Assembly: GCF_009914755.1 (NCBI RefSeq)
Contig: NC_060930.1
Reading direction: 5' to 3' (one strand)
Source of the DNA: the human T2T-CHM13v2.0 reference genome, Homo sapiens
Length of the DNA: 64,000 bases
In this document: piece by piece, positions 1 to 12,785 of the stretch
How the letters are laid out: each line of letters opens with the position of its first letter
Position numbering within the stretch: the stretch's first letter is position 1
Notes under the pieces: generated by a model
Told to the model about the DNA's origin: nothing
Seen by the model: only the letters and a program-made list of their open reading frames with translations
Databases searched by the model: none
Made by a program: the position numbers and the translations under genes

Positions 1-59
1 TTTAGGATACGTTTAATGCATTCTTGATGATTGAATGAGAGAACCCAGAGGACAGACTT

Positions 60-1110
60 CAGTGGAATCCTGCAGGATTCTTTGCCCTGTTCAACATATT
101 TATTAGTGATGTGAATAAAATCCTAAAGATACACTCATCAAAATTACAGGGGTTAAAAAAACCCAGAAAAATACAACAGACCCAGGATTCAAAAGGATGT
201 TAAAAGAATAAAAAGTAGGCAAAGTAAAAGGCAAACTTTAGTCAAAATACATTTAAAGACATTCATTTAATTTTTTTAAAAAAGTTCCTGTAGAAAGACA
301 TTATAAGGGAGACTACTTGCTAACAATCCATTTGGAAGTAGCCAGGCAGGGGTGGGAAGAGGGAGTGCTTGGGTGAGTTAATAATGTGCGGGCAGTAGAA
401 TGTCTGACACTATTTTGGGCTGCATGTACTGAGAAGCTGGCTGTCCTGAAAGTGAGGGAGAATGTGGATGGTGTCCCTTGTGCCTAACAGAGTCACGGCT
501 GACAAATAGTGTTAAATTAGAGGATGGGGAAAAGGAAACACGTACACAACACAGTAGAAAGAACACAGGCTATTTTGTCTGAAGAAGACAGAGGTAATAA
601 TTGCTTTTCTTCAGCCCTGTGGTATGATAGCCAATGTTTATCAAGGCCTTACTATAGTGTGTTCCAGGCATTATCTTGTTGAAGCCTAACACTATCTGTA
701 TAGTACAGGTATTATTATCTCCATTTTATGGATGAATAAAAGGGAGACACATGGTAAACACGCACAGCTCTAAGTGGTGAAGCTGGGATTTGAACTGGAT
801 TCTAGAGCCCATTTCTAGTGAGGCCTACTAGAGAGCCCATGGCTTGCTTAGGCAGACCCCTTATTAAGGCCACCCTCCAGACAAGGGACCAAATATTTGT
901 GTGTGGCTCCAGATCCAGATACAAACTCCATGAATGAAAGAAGGAAGCAGATTTATGTACTATTTAAGGAACATTTTTCTACATGGGAACTTCACAAAAT
1001 TCTTTCTCAAAGATAGTGAAAATTCTAAGTCAAGTGGACATGCTAAAACCGAAGCTCCATCACTACCTCTCAGAAATGTTGTGGAGAGTGTCCCTGTGTT
1101 GTGGAGGGAA
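60..1110 (+). mobile_element. L3/CR1 LINE fossil, interrupted by a MIR at ~625-815
   Basis: Degenerate CR1-like motifs: ccctgttcaacatatttattagtgat, ctcatcaaaatt, aggattcaaaaggat, ttttgggctgcat and ggaagcagattt...aaggaacattttt. Boundaries approximate. Confidence 0.55.
625..815 (-). mobile_element. MIR SINE
   Basis: Antisense MIR core tattattatctccattttatggatg ... gctgggatttgaac. Confidence 0.7.
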
Positions 1111-1205
1111 GTTTGTTCTAGCTGACCATTAACTTTCCCTCCAACTCTCAGCTTTTAGTGTTGAACGAATTGGTGGTGGTGGGAACCAAACATGCCTAAA
1201 CCTGG

Positions 1206-1647
1206 TGTGGCACAATGGGTTATTGTTCAGAAAATACTCACTCAACTTACGCTCCTTCTTGAGATAGAGTATAATTCCTTAGCCTCATTGACTTCAGGCT
1301 TGGCCGTGGGACTAGCTTTGGCCAATGAAATGTTAATGGATGTGGTTCATGTAGAGTCTTCAAATGTGCTTGCTCAATTTGGCTCGGCTCATGAGCCCCC
1401 GTGATCCACCATAAGGGGCTCCCTGTAGCCACTGCCTCTTCATCCTAGGACTCAGAACCAACAATGTGGAGCAGTCTTCAACCCAACGTGCAGCCTGAAG
1501 CCAAGCCTAGCTGGCCCAAGCTTAGATCAGCAGAGCCTGACTTGATCTCCGGACCTATGACTGTGAGAAGAAATGCTTCTTATTGTAAGCCACTGAACAG
1601 TGGGGTGGCTTATTATGCTGCAGTATTGTGACAAAAGCTGATTAACA
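1206..1647 (+). mobile_element. MLT1I/J-like MaLR solo LTR
   Basis: Begins TG; contains gctttggccaatgaaatg; ends in the typical aagccactga...gctgattaaca. Confidence 0.7.
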
Positions 1648-3849
1648 AATGCCTGGTTCACCATAAACAGAGACACTTGCTATATATATTGTGGTATTGG
1701 CCCTTTTAAAAGTCATTATTCTCCCTGCTACCCCTCTGCCTTGGGATTCCACCTTATGTGAGTATGTGGGGGCAGAGGAAGGAGATGAGTGAGTGGCTGT
1801 TGGCTGATACACTGGCCCTCTTTACACTGCCTTGAACCTAAGGATCTTCAAGAAACTACTGGGTTTTGTTTGATATGTCTTTAAAACAATTTTCAGAAGG
1901 AGGCACTGTGCTATAGTCTCAAGGTTCTCACATATACTTGAGACTGTGCTATAGTCTCAAGATTCTCTTTGTGCAGGTTGTCTTATGTCATTCTTGTTCT
2001 GCCCCTACTTAGGTAATAATATTTGGGTAAACCTATCAGAGTATGGAAAGAGCTTCTTTCTTTTAGGGCCTGCAGACCTTAGTGTCCCATATTTGAGTCC
2101 ATGTTATATTGTTTGCCATGAGAAACTCTTTCACACAGTACCAGTACCACAGTACCAGCATCAGCATTTTAACACAAATGCAAAATCCACCTCTGTCTTT
2201 GTTTGCCTTCTGTACAAGCAGAAACCAGCCTGAATTACCATAGTGGGCTTGTGAGAGCCAGAGCTGCGTATGAAGATAAGGAGGAAAGGAACTGAATCAT
2301 GGGCTGGGTGGAAAGGCGGAAGCTAGGCACAAGACAGGAAGGATGAGCCAGGAGATTCCTGAAGGAAGTCACTGGTGCCTACTCTAAGTTATCTATGGCT
2401 TCTCCATGATTGGATGGGCCTTTCAGATACTTCTCCTTTAAAGCCTTAAATTCTGAAATTGTTCATGCTGGCTCTCTTTGGTATCCCTTTCATATCTGGG
2501 TTTCGTACTGTGTGTGTAAGGAGAAGAGGGAAGAAAGGAAGGTGTCAATGACTATACAAGAAATATCTCATTTACATTTGGAAAGAGGGAGCAAGTAGCA
2601 ACTCTCAGGACTGCAGGAATCCAGGCTGACTTTAGGCCCTGCCTGTCCCTCTTTTTTCCAGAGGCCCAGAGTAGAGACTTTAACTGAAGAGACAAGAGTG
2701 CACTTACATGACTAAAGTAGGGTGTAAGTTATTGGGAAAGGAGGGAAGAAAGCAATCTATGTGCATATGGAAGAAAGGAATGCAAGATAAGAGGAGAAAA
2801 AACATGTGCTAGACACCATATGGTACCTTACTCAATTCTCACAGGAGTTCTTTACTAACCTGTCTAATATATAAATAAGAAAATTAAGGTAAAGAGAACT
2901 CCAGCAATTTGCTCGATATCTCATGGCTAGTTAATTGGAGGATTAGGAGAACACAGGTAGAACTAGGATTAGAATTCACATCTATTTCTAGAAAGTGGAA
3001 GAAAATATGAGTGCCATTCAGACCCAATCCTATAACCAGATATTCAAATGTTAGGTGACCTGAGATGCCAAAAAATAATAATAATAATAATAATCAACTC
3101 CAGAATGGATCCCCCACTGACTTATTCTGATGCCTAAATTTCCAGTATCGTTATTTCCCTTTCATTGGGTTAGATCCATGTGTCTCAAACCAGGGCTTGC
3201 ACAGCCCAGTAGCTACGTGGCAGTATGCCTGGGATACTACAGGAGAATCATGGTACGTTGTTTGAGAACAGTGGCTTCACTCCAAAATTTGAGAGAAGTT
3301 ATATCAAAACAAATGCAAATGTTTTATAAGATGCAAATTGACCTAAGTTTAAAAGCTAAAATGCGAGAAATTTCAGATTTACCTTGCACTACAATCTCAG
3401 AACCCTAAGCATAGGAATTCTTTCTACTATAAGGGCCACTTTGCTAGAAAAATTTGAGAAGTGCTAGTTTCCAGCACCCTGTTCCCTGGAAGCCTCTGGG
3501 AAAATGAACACATGTTGACTATTAGTGGTGAGGGAACATTTACAATCACTGCAAAATGTGAGCTGTTGAGGATAGATAACCCCTTAGACATCACCCAGCA
3601 CAGAGAAAATACTTGAAGTTATGAGACCCCAGAAGCAGAACTTTGAATTCTGGGTGTATACAAGTCATACTTGTTGAGCAACAGTGGGAAAGTGCTTCAG
3701 TGGGACATCAGAATATTGTATGTGTGGGGTAGGGTTACTAAAAGGCCATCTTTTTCTTCATTATCCATCTACTCACCCTGCAAACCTTCAAGAACTTTCT
3801 CATGCTCCCTTTTCAGAGAAAATGCTCAGAGATCTATGAAAGGGGTAGC

Positions 3850-4302
3850 AAACCACGTGAGACCTCATCTCCTCTCCAGTCACAGGTGACTTAACCATAG
3901 GTGGATACCACACTCAAGGCAGTGTGTTTGGAATGCATTTGTGTACATGAAAAACCCAGGCATTCTTTAATTTAGGAGTATGAAAGTTGGAGTTACAAAC
4001 TAACGTTAGTCAGTGTCTGATGGACTTGTGAATGGTATAAAGCTGGAGATCATGGTGGCCACATGCATGCTAAAGCAGTGAAAGTCAGTAGGTTTTGAAA
4101 AGATAAAACCAGATGTGCAGAGAGAAGCAATCAGGAGAACATGCAGTTCTGGGGAGATAAAAACAACTTTAGTTTCTGAGTTCTGGCCCCTCATGAAGCC
4201 TGACTGTTTTGTGAACACTTCTGCACCTTTCCAATGAATTCCATTGGTTGCTTAAGCTGGATGGAGGAGTTTCATTCCTTCCCACTAAAGTTCTCTGACA
4301 AA
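3850..4302 (+). mobile_element. Old MLT1K/L-like LTR fragment
   Basis: 3' end gcttaagctgg...gtttcattcc...aaagttctctgacaaa resembles the MLT1K/L terminus. Confidence 0.45.
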
Positions 4303-4337
4303 GGTAGAGGGTGTTATCACAAAGAGGGTTAGAACAT

Positions 4338-4746
4338 AAGAAAATGTGGCACATATACACCATGGAATACTATGCAGCCATAAAAAAGGATGAGTTCATG
4401 TCCTTTGCAAGAACATGGATGAAACTGGAAACCATCATTCTCAGCAAACTATCGCAAGGACAAAAAACCAAACACCGCATGTTCTCACTCATAGGTGGGA
4501 ATTGAACAATAAGAACACATGGACACAGGAAGGGGAACATCACACTCCGGGGACTGTTGTGGGGTGGGGGGAGTGGGGAGGGATAACATTAGGAGATATA
4601 CCTAATGCTAAATGATGAGTTAATGGGTGCAGCACACCAACATGGCACATGTATACATATGTAACAAACCTGCATATTGTGCACATGTACCCTAAAACTT
4701 AAAGTATAATAATAATAAAATAAAATAACAAAACAAACAAACAAAA
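4338..4746 (+). mobile_element. 5'-truncated L1PA (about L1PA3-5): end of ORF2, 3'UTR and A-rich tail
   Basis: Encodes [23 protein letters not shown]...SLIGGN*; G-rich 3'UTR; A-rich tail; TSD agaacat at 4331-4337 and 4747-4753. Confidence 0.95.
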
Positions 4747-4780
4747 AGAACATGATCAAAACCCAACTTTACCTGGGTGT

Positions 4781-4877
4781 AGCATAACCACAGAATTTAT
4801 CATCCTAACGGGGACATTTGGGGCGCTGTTAATGATTACTCCAACACAACAGGAGAACAAGGATGTTTGGCTATCCT
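4781..4877 (+). mobile_element. MER94-like hAT-Blackjack MITE remnant
   Basis: aatttatcatcctaacgggaca ... ggggcgctgttaatgattac ... acaacagg resembles the MER94 consensus. Confidence 0.5.
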
Positions 4878-6951
4878 TCCCAAGTGGTAAAGAAGGGAAA
4901 TCAGGTATTAATTGTTTGCATTTCCTAGATACTCTTGGCTGCTTACATCTATGCTATTTCATCAGACAGTCACCATAACCGTATCTAGCTTGTCCTCTCA
5001 GACCAGCAACTGAATTAGGGATGAATGAATTTACAGGCCACTCGGGAAACTGGTATAAGAGCCAGGATAGGAACCTAGGTCTATCTGACCACAGATTCTG
5101 TTCTCTTCTCACCAGGCTCTCTGCTTCCATAACAGTTTCGTCTAGGGCCAAGCTGAGATAAGGCCACAGTACCAGCATCAGCATTCTGGGGCTGTTTGAG
5201 AGGAAAGATCAGTGAGAAGAGAAACACATGCAATCACACTAATCTGTCAGAAAACCCACGCCCACCCTATTGATGCAAGGACAATGTCTAGCCTCGTTGC
5301 TGTTTGAAACGCCTTTCAGCTGAAAAAGCAAAATGAAAGGAAATTTCCACTAGCAAAGAAGGAAATTGAGGCAATTTTAAGACAATTTAGGAGAAGCCCC
5401 ATTTTTTACCTGAGTTATTTGAGGAAACAAAAGATTAAGGGTCAGAATTTTTCAGATAATTGCTTGTTTTCCTAGTCTAGCAGGTTTAACACTCAGGCTT
5501 TCTTTTTGGAACCTGTATTGTCCTCACCATACAGTGAATACCCACCAACTTCTAGGTAAGACCTGTGTGGCAAAAGAAAGACATAGTGGGAGAGTAGAAC
5601 CTGTTAGTCTCATTAAGACTCAGGTGAAAAAGTCTCTTCATTAACATTCTAATGAAACCCTGGGTTTCTTTCTGCTGAAATGCCAACTATAACAGGAAAA
5701 TAATTAGTTCCGAGTTGTATATCCCTTTTCTTATCAGGCACTTCTAGCTCTGAGGACTAATCCAGTCCCAATCAAACAATTACTTGATGATTAGGGCTTC
5801 TGGGATTTGCTAACCATGGTGGGGAAGGTGCCAGGTTATTTGTGAGTCAGAAAAAGGGGTAATTACTGCCAACTGCACCCACCTGTTTATCCTTGGTAAG
5901 GGGTAGTCTGCCAGGATAGTAATTACATCTTAATTCCAGGCGACAAGACCCAGATAGGCAGTGAGCTCTCCATTCACAATGACCTAGCTTGAAGAAGGCT
6001 CCAGCACCTGAGAGGGAGGGCTTTTTATGCCATTAAAGAGTCCCAGCTGTTTTCCCTACCACTACTTTCAGAACCACTGATGATTCTGCCTTTGCATGGT
6101 TTGCTTGAAGTATGGGTTTCCAATAAAATCCCTGACTTTGTGAGAAGGTGAAAGGGTGATGGAAGAATTTTGAAGGAAGTTGTAGTATGGGACAGGGAGC
6201 ACAATTTGGGTTGAGGACCTATTATAACCACTTGGCACTGTGCAGTCTGAGGCCCAAGGTCTGACCTCATAAAGTGTGATCACCTGTGGCTGAGGCCATG
6301 TAAAAGGCATGCTGGCCTTGCACTGGTTATCTGGAAGCCAGAAAAATATGTTTGACACAAGGCAACTTATCAAACCTTATAAAATGGAAATGTGAATTTT
6401 TATACATTGATGATAATAGAGAAAAAAACTCTTTGAAGAAAATAAGGAAATTGGAGCATGATTGTTTTTTGAAGAACTTTATAATAGTGTAAACCATATT
6501 TACACTATTTAGTGTAGTACTCTTCGTATGGTACCACATCTACCCAGTATTTTCCTGACATTTTTCATGCTCACAGAATTCCATCATAGCAGTTAGGGAA
6601 CCTCATGATTTCTCTTTTGAAATCCTTGAGAATTATTTAAATGCTTATGTGATTTTTCTTTGCCTTTCCCGACACAACTCTGAATCCAGAGAAACAATTT
6701 TAACAAAATTACCTGAATGCATAACCCCAATATATGTATGCACACAAACTTTTAGTGGTCTGCACTTAGAATACTTTTTATCTACAGAGGAATAGATAAA
6801 AATGCCTTTTGGTGCTAAATAATCAGACAGTGTCATTCATTCTAAATGAAAAAACAATCAAGTTGAGAAGAGAGTGGCATAAAACAGCAGCTGAACAGAG
6901 AAGTTAATGAATGTGAAGCCAGAAAACCAGAAAAAGAATTCCATCATCTGA

Positions 6952-7269
<318 letters not shown>

Positions 7270-9703
7270 CTTATCAATATTTTTACCTTTCTCTTTGGTA
7301 AAATCCTTTTTTTTTTTTTAGTTTTTTATAATGACCTTCAAATAAAAATATCATTTTATTTAAAGATTTAATAATGGCTTTCTCACAGAACAACTATTAA
7401 ATAGTTTTTCCTGAGAACTTTCAATTAATTTCATTTCCCTGGAAATCATTGTTTTGAATCTAGTTTTCTTCCAGGTGGTCAGAATGCAAACATTACAGAA
7501 ATGTTTTTCTTTTGTTCCAATTTTCTACCCTAATATCAACTTGAGCCTTTATAATTGGGAAAATTATATCAACACAGATGAATTTTCTTTAACAAGATAG
7601 CATTTTATTTACTTGTTACAACGATATCGTTTAATGATGGTGTCAGTTGCCCTGAAGAACCTGCATTTTGTTTCAAAATCATATGCAGTGATTTCTTTAA
7701 AGGGTAGGTCACTGCATTGTCTGGATTTTATGGGTAACTTTTAATTCATTATTTACAAACAATACTTCAAAATATAAATTTTGGTCAAACAATCGAACTG
7801 ATTACTTCATTGGGAGAAGAGGAAGAAAGGGAAAGAAGGAATAATTAGAGCAAAAATGTAAGCATTTCATAAAGTTATGTCAAGAATTAAAGACAAGTTC
7901 AAGTTGAAGTTGAGTAGCTTTAATAGCAGTCCTTTAAGTTTTATTACATCACCTGAGCTGTTAATTTGCTACACCTACTTATACTCTGGTCTTTCTTCAA
8001 CCACTACCAGCTGGCCAGCAATGCACTTTTGCCCTGGGATTTTTAGCTAAGCAGGTCTTGTTACCTTCAAAACCTTTTTAAAAGTTATGACTAAAAAATA
8101 TACTTTGTAAATCTTTCAAAAAACAAGGTTTGTAAACACATTGGGTGATATTCCTGTCTTATTTAATGCTTGGTATTAGATATAGGCATCTATTACAATT
8201 TTTTAAAATGCTGTCAACTCTCCAAGCACTGCCCTTTCTGCAGCTGTGATTGGCAAAGCCCTGGAGGTTCTGTCACCCAGGAGGCAGGTAGGTACTCCTT
8301 AGTAGCGGCTGAATAACACCACATTGAGCGTCACACAGAGGCCTGGATCCAGCCTTCCTTCTTCCACTCAGACACACTGTCTTGTGTGGTAACTGCACCC
8401 CATGGAGCCAGATATCCAGGCTTCAGTCATTCATTGAAATACTATCCCATAAAACACCCCCTCTATCTTGCTGGGCTAGGCCCCTGGCTTTGTGCTGTCA
8501 TGCACACGCTTAACTTCTCTGAGCTTAGGAATTTGCTAAGAAAATCATAGTCCCAGCTAGGTTTCTAAGAAAAATGGTTAGATAGGACAAACACATTTTT
8601 TGTTCCATTGGCTTCCATTATTATTATGTTTTAATGCACACATTATTTTAAATCAAATCAGGGATTTTTCAGCCAGAAGAGGATGATGTTGTTTCTGAGA
8701 ATGCAGATAAAACCAAACATTAAACTTCAATAAGAAAAACATGCAACTTGAGTTCCAAGTAAAAAAAACAAAACAAAACAAAACTCTAGATGTCTTCAAA
8801 TAATCTTGGCCAAGATCCTGGGTGTGGGAAGCCAGAGTGTGGTTCAAACTCAGGGATGGATTGAAAGCCTTCCTCTGCAGATTGGACTGACAAGGCTTGT
8901 CTATCAAAGAACAGATGCCCAGGGTGGCTCTGGGAGAGCACTGCCCAAGTTCTGGACTTTTCAAGGTCAACTCAGAATCTCAAAGAAGAAATAATATGAA
9001 TGTCAAGGTTGGTTTCCTAGACCCAGGAGGTGGAGGGTCATGTACACAGATTCACAGGCTGTTGAGATCTGGAAGGTGCTGCCCAATGTTATAGAGTAAG
9101 AATCAATCAGGATCAGGATCAATCATATGTTGGGGGATGGGAGAAAACAAATAGTCTGGAGTGTTTTACATTGATTTTTCTTTCTATTTCACAAGTTGGA
9201 TGGTATCTGCCAAGTTCTTTGGCTGTTTTGTGCCCCACATACGATGAATTCCGGTGTGCAAATATTATTGTGCACTGTGAGAACCAGGAATTGTAATCCA
9301 GGCCTTCACAGTGCACAATAGCATACCACATGCAGGGAGTAAAATACACTGCTTCCCTAAAGATGTTAGAAAAAGCACATTAGTTCTAAAGCTATTCAAA
9401 TAGCTATTCAGAATAGCTGGTTCAAATAGCTATTCTATCCTGACCTCTATGGCTCAGCAGAGAAAGATTCATTTAAAAAGCAAAACAAAATGATCTAAAG
9501 CCTGATATTTGAAACTAGGCTATTTTGGGGCAGTATTTACCTGGTTCAAAAGACAATCCACAGTATAATCATTCACTCATAAGGAAGGCTCAAAACAATT
9601 AAAACAAATCAGTACTTTTGTATTAAGAATATCTAAAACAGCAGATTTAAAAGTCATGGAACAATTGGAAAAGCTTTGCCATTTGTTTTGCCTACTTCCC
9701 TGG

Positions 9704-10697
9704 TGCTGGTAATTGTGACCGAGGCAGAGAACTCTGGGCAGACAGGGCAGGTCCCTGGCAAACCTCCACCTTCAAGTTGAAAAGCTGAAGCCACCATGGC
9801 CCAAAGGAAGAATTTCCATCCCTGTGTGTGCCTGCTCTCTCCTGATTGGTTCTTCCTGAATAATGTCTTTTTATCAATCAAATGTTGCCTTTTCCAAAAC
9901 TACCTATGGCCTGCCCTGCCTCCCATCCTGTGCCTATAAATATCCCAGACTCAGCCAGCAGAGGGAAGAAGTGGCTGGACATCCAGGTAGGGCGACTTAA
10001 CTTCAGAGACAGTGGCGGGTTGAGGCAACTTGACTTTGGAAGAGAGAGGCAGAGAGGAAGCTTGGCTTCAGGGGAGAGGGACCTGCCCTTCCCATCCCCT
10101 TCCCAGCTTCCCTCTCTGCTGAGAGCCACTTTCATCACTCAATAAAATTCTCCACATTCACCGTTCTTCAGTTTGTCCACGTGACCTCATTCCTCTTGGG
10201 CACTGGACAAGAATTTGGGATGCACCACATGAGTACCCAAAAAGGCTGTCACACTGGCCCTTTGCCCTTGCTGGCAGAGGGCAGCCACCGCATGTGACAA
10301 AGCAAAAGGCCCACTGAGCTGATAACACACTGCTGTCTGCAGGTGGCGGAGCTAAGAAAGCACTGTGACACACCCTCTGGGGCCTTGGGGTCACAAGGGC
10401 CTGCACAGAGTTTGCTCCTGCCAGTGGAGTTTGCTCCTGCTAGCACTGAAGCAGCCAGCTGGTTCCTGCACTTGTTTGCTCGCACGCTCCCTCTCGCAAC
10501 AGGTGGAGCCTGGTGAACCCAAGTGAATGGAGTTTGCTCCCGCTGGGCCGCTGACCAGCTCTTGCACTTGCTAACTCTGATTCCACACTCGCTTGCTTGC
10601 ACACTCCCTCCCGAGAGGGGTTGAGCAGAGCAGGCTGAGTAAATGAGGCACCCTTGCCACAAGTCCTATGAAGGGGTTGAGAAAATACCCTGCATCA
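9704..10697 (+). mobile_element. ERV1 solo LTR of the LTR1/LTR27/LTR28 group (LTR28-like, ~1 kb)
   Basis: TG...CA termini; 4-bp TSD ctgg (9700-9703, 10698-10701); inverted CCAAT at 9842-9849; TATAAATA at 9935-9942; AATAAA at 10141. Confidence 0.85.
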
Positions 10698-10899
10698 CTG
10701 GCAGGCACAGCCAAGGACATGCCTATGCTCAGGTAAGGATTATTTCCAAATACAGTTTGGGTTCAACTGTTTTTCAGACCAAACAGGTTTGGGGAACCCT
10801 TTCTTCAATAAGTTTCTGCAGGAGTAAGCAGAGTGATAGGAGAAGGCCTGTGTTGGTTATAACCTACACACTGCACTTTGTTTCTAGGGTGAAGTGTGC

Positions 10900-12440
10900 C
10901 TCTATAGGAGCCAAAAGAAAGAGGAATTTAACCTGCTTCTCAACAATAAAAACGAAGAACTATGAAATATTATAAAAGCTAAGAGATTTTTTCTATAAAT
11001 CATCAAGCTGTATGTCTCTTGGCATTTACAGACTAACAATTCTTTTATCTGCTATGCATTCTAGATATACGAAACTCAACTTCTGGCAAAGGAGGGGGAG
11101 GGAGAAGTTCAAGTCACCCTGCCCTACTCTTCCCTGAGCATTGAAGGTTAACTCTGCCTTGACCTCTATAATTCCATGTTTTGTCCCATGATGCCTGTGT
11201 TCACATCCTAATCCCTAGAGCTTGTAAATGTGTTACCCTATGTGGCAAAAGGGACTTTGCAGATATGATTTAGAATTTGTAATGGGGAGATTATTCTGGA
11301 TTACTCAGGTGGTCCCAATGCAATTACAGGAGCTCTTATAAGGGATAGAGGGAGGCAGGAGAGTCATCAAAAGATACATCACCACGGAAGCATGGGTTAC
11401 GATGTGATTGCTTCTTGGAAGATGTAAAGGAGCCACAAGCCAAGGAATGTGGGCAGCCTGTAAAGCTATAAAAGGCAAAGAAGTGGGTTTTCCCCTAGAG
11501 CTTCTGAAAGGAATGTGGCCATGTCAATACTTTGATTTTAGCCCCATAAGACCCATTTTCTAAATTCTGACTTCTAGAAGTATAAAATAATAGATTTGTT
11601 TTGTTTTAAGCCACTAGATTTGTGGTAATTTGTTTCAGCAACCATAGGAAACAAATTCAATGCCTCATCATACATCCATGAGCAGAGGAAGACATTCACA
11701 GAATTCTCAGCAACTCTGGTCATTTCGGGCCTGGTCATTCCAGATTTAAGGGTGTTAGGGAATCAGTTACTCACCACTGAGGCCTCATTCAGAGCTCAGG
11801 ATGGAGCCATTTTCTCCCCCAGCTGCAATGAGCTTGGCTTAGACTTCATGGGATGCTTTTGCTTCTGAATCTGTGAATCAAGGGGGTTGCACAGGTGAGT
11901 TTGCATACCTAATTGCCTCACACTCTACTTCTATCCTTCAGACATCAGTACCATTGTCCAGAGAACCTGACATGTTGTATGCAATTTCTGTGTCAGAGTG
12001 GACCTGAGAAAGTTCCTGGTGCCTAAATATGGGTTTTGAATCGGCATTGGTGATATCTGCCATGGTGGCATTCTGAATTTGATGACATAAATTTTCCACA
12101 CGAATTGTCACTGAATCCTTGGTAAGTTTCTCCTCTGGTGGAATATCTAATGAAATAGTTCTCACGTCTACTTGGATCAAGCTATCGTTCATGGCAGGAT
12201 AACAAACAAACCAGGTTCTTTGGCTCCTCATTATATGATGTGGCCTGATCTAAAGATTACAGCCCTTTCATATTCTTTTAGGATAATATGGAGAAAGTTA
12301 TGATTGGTCAAAACTCCACCTGCAAGCCTATAGTGGGCTCCTCTTGAGGGAGTCAGGAAAAACCATAACTAGGTGTCCTCAAGGTGACACTATCGGTTGG
12401 CTGTCAGAGTCCAAGTCTCTGTTATCACTTCACCAGAACT
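10900..12440 (-). pseudogene. Ancient processed stomatin pseudogene, interrupted by MLT1D
   Basis: Minus-strand peptide DSLIQVDVRTISLDIPPEEKLTKDSVTI...IQNATMADITNADS matches the STOM SPFH domain (DSFIKVDMRTISFDIPPQEILTKDSVTI...VQNATLAVANITNADS). Intronless, with many frameshifts. The C-terminal GIMG-KH-like codons resume left of the MLT1D, followed by 3'UTR-like sequence. The 3' limit is uncertain. Confidence 0.9.
11196..11659 (+). mobile_element. MLT1D MaLR solo LTR
   Basis: TG...CA termini; perfect 5-bp TSD atgcc (11191-11195, 11660-11664); motifs aaagggactttgcagat and agccaaggaatgtgggcagcct. Confidence 0.9.
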
Positions 12441-12539
12441 GTAGTGGCTGAGGAATATATTGGTATTTTTAAAAAGCTCTCTGGGTAATTCTAACACACG
12501 GCCAAGGTAGGTTATAAACCACCATTCCAGGACATCTCT

Positions 12540-12785
12540 ATGAGTTAAATGTCATTAATATCTTCATTTAACTGAAGGCAAAATCAAGGCATGGAAAGGT
12601 CACTTAATTTGCCCAAAGTCACACAATAAGTAAGGGACAAAGCTAGGATTCAAATGCAGGCTCCAGAGCCTAAAATGCATGGCTTCTCTATTACCTTGTG
12701 TAGAACTGAATCCTAAGCACACAGCAGAATTCCTATTATTCAACAAATGCTTGTTGAATGGATAAATGAAGGAATAAATGAATGT
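12540..12785. mobile_element. MIR fragment (-) followed by an L2 3' end (+)
   Basis: ttgcccaaagtcacac...ggattcaaa, then ttcaacaaatgcttgttgaatggataaatgaa. Confidence 0.6.

Noticed and set aside
9654-10975. GC-rich ORF clusters here and at 17986-18993 and 55929-56822
   Set aside because: They are by-products of GC-rich LTR sequence and show no recognisable protein family.
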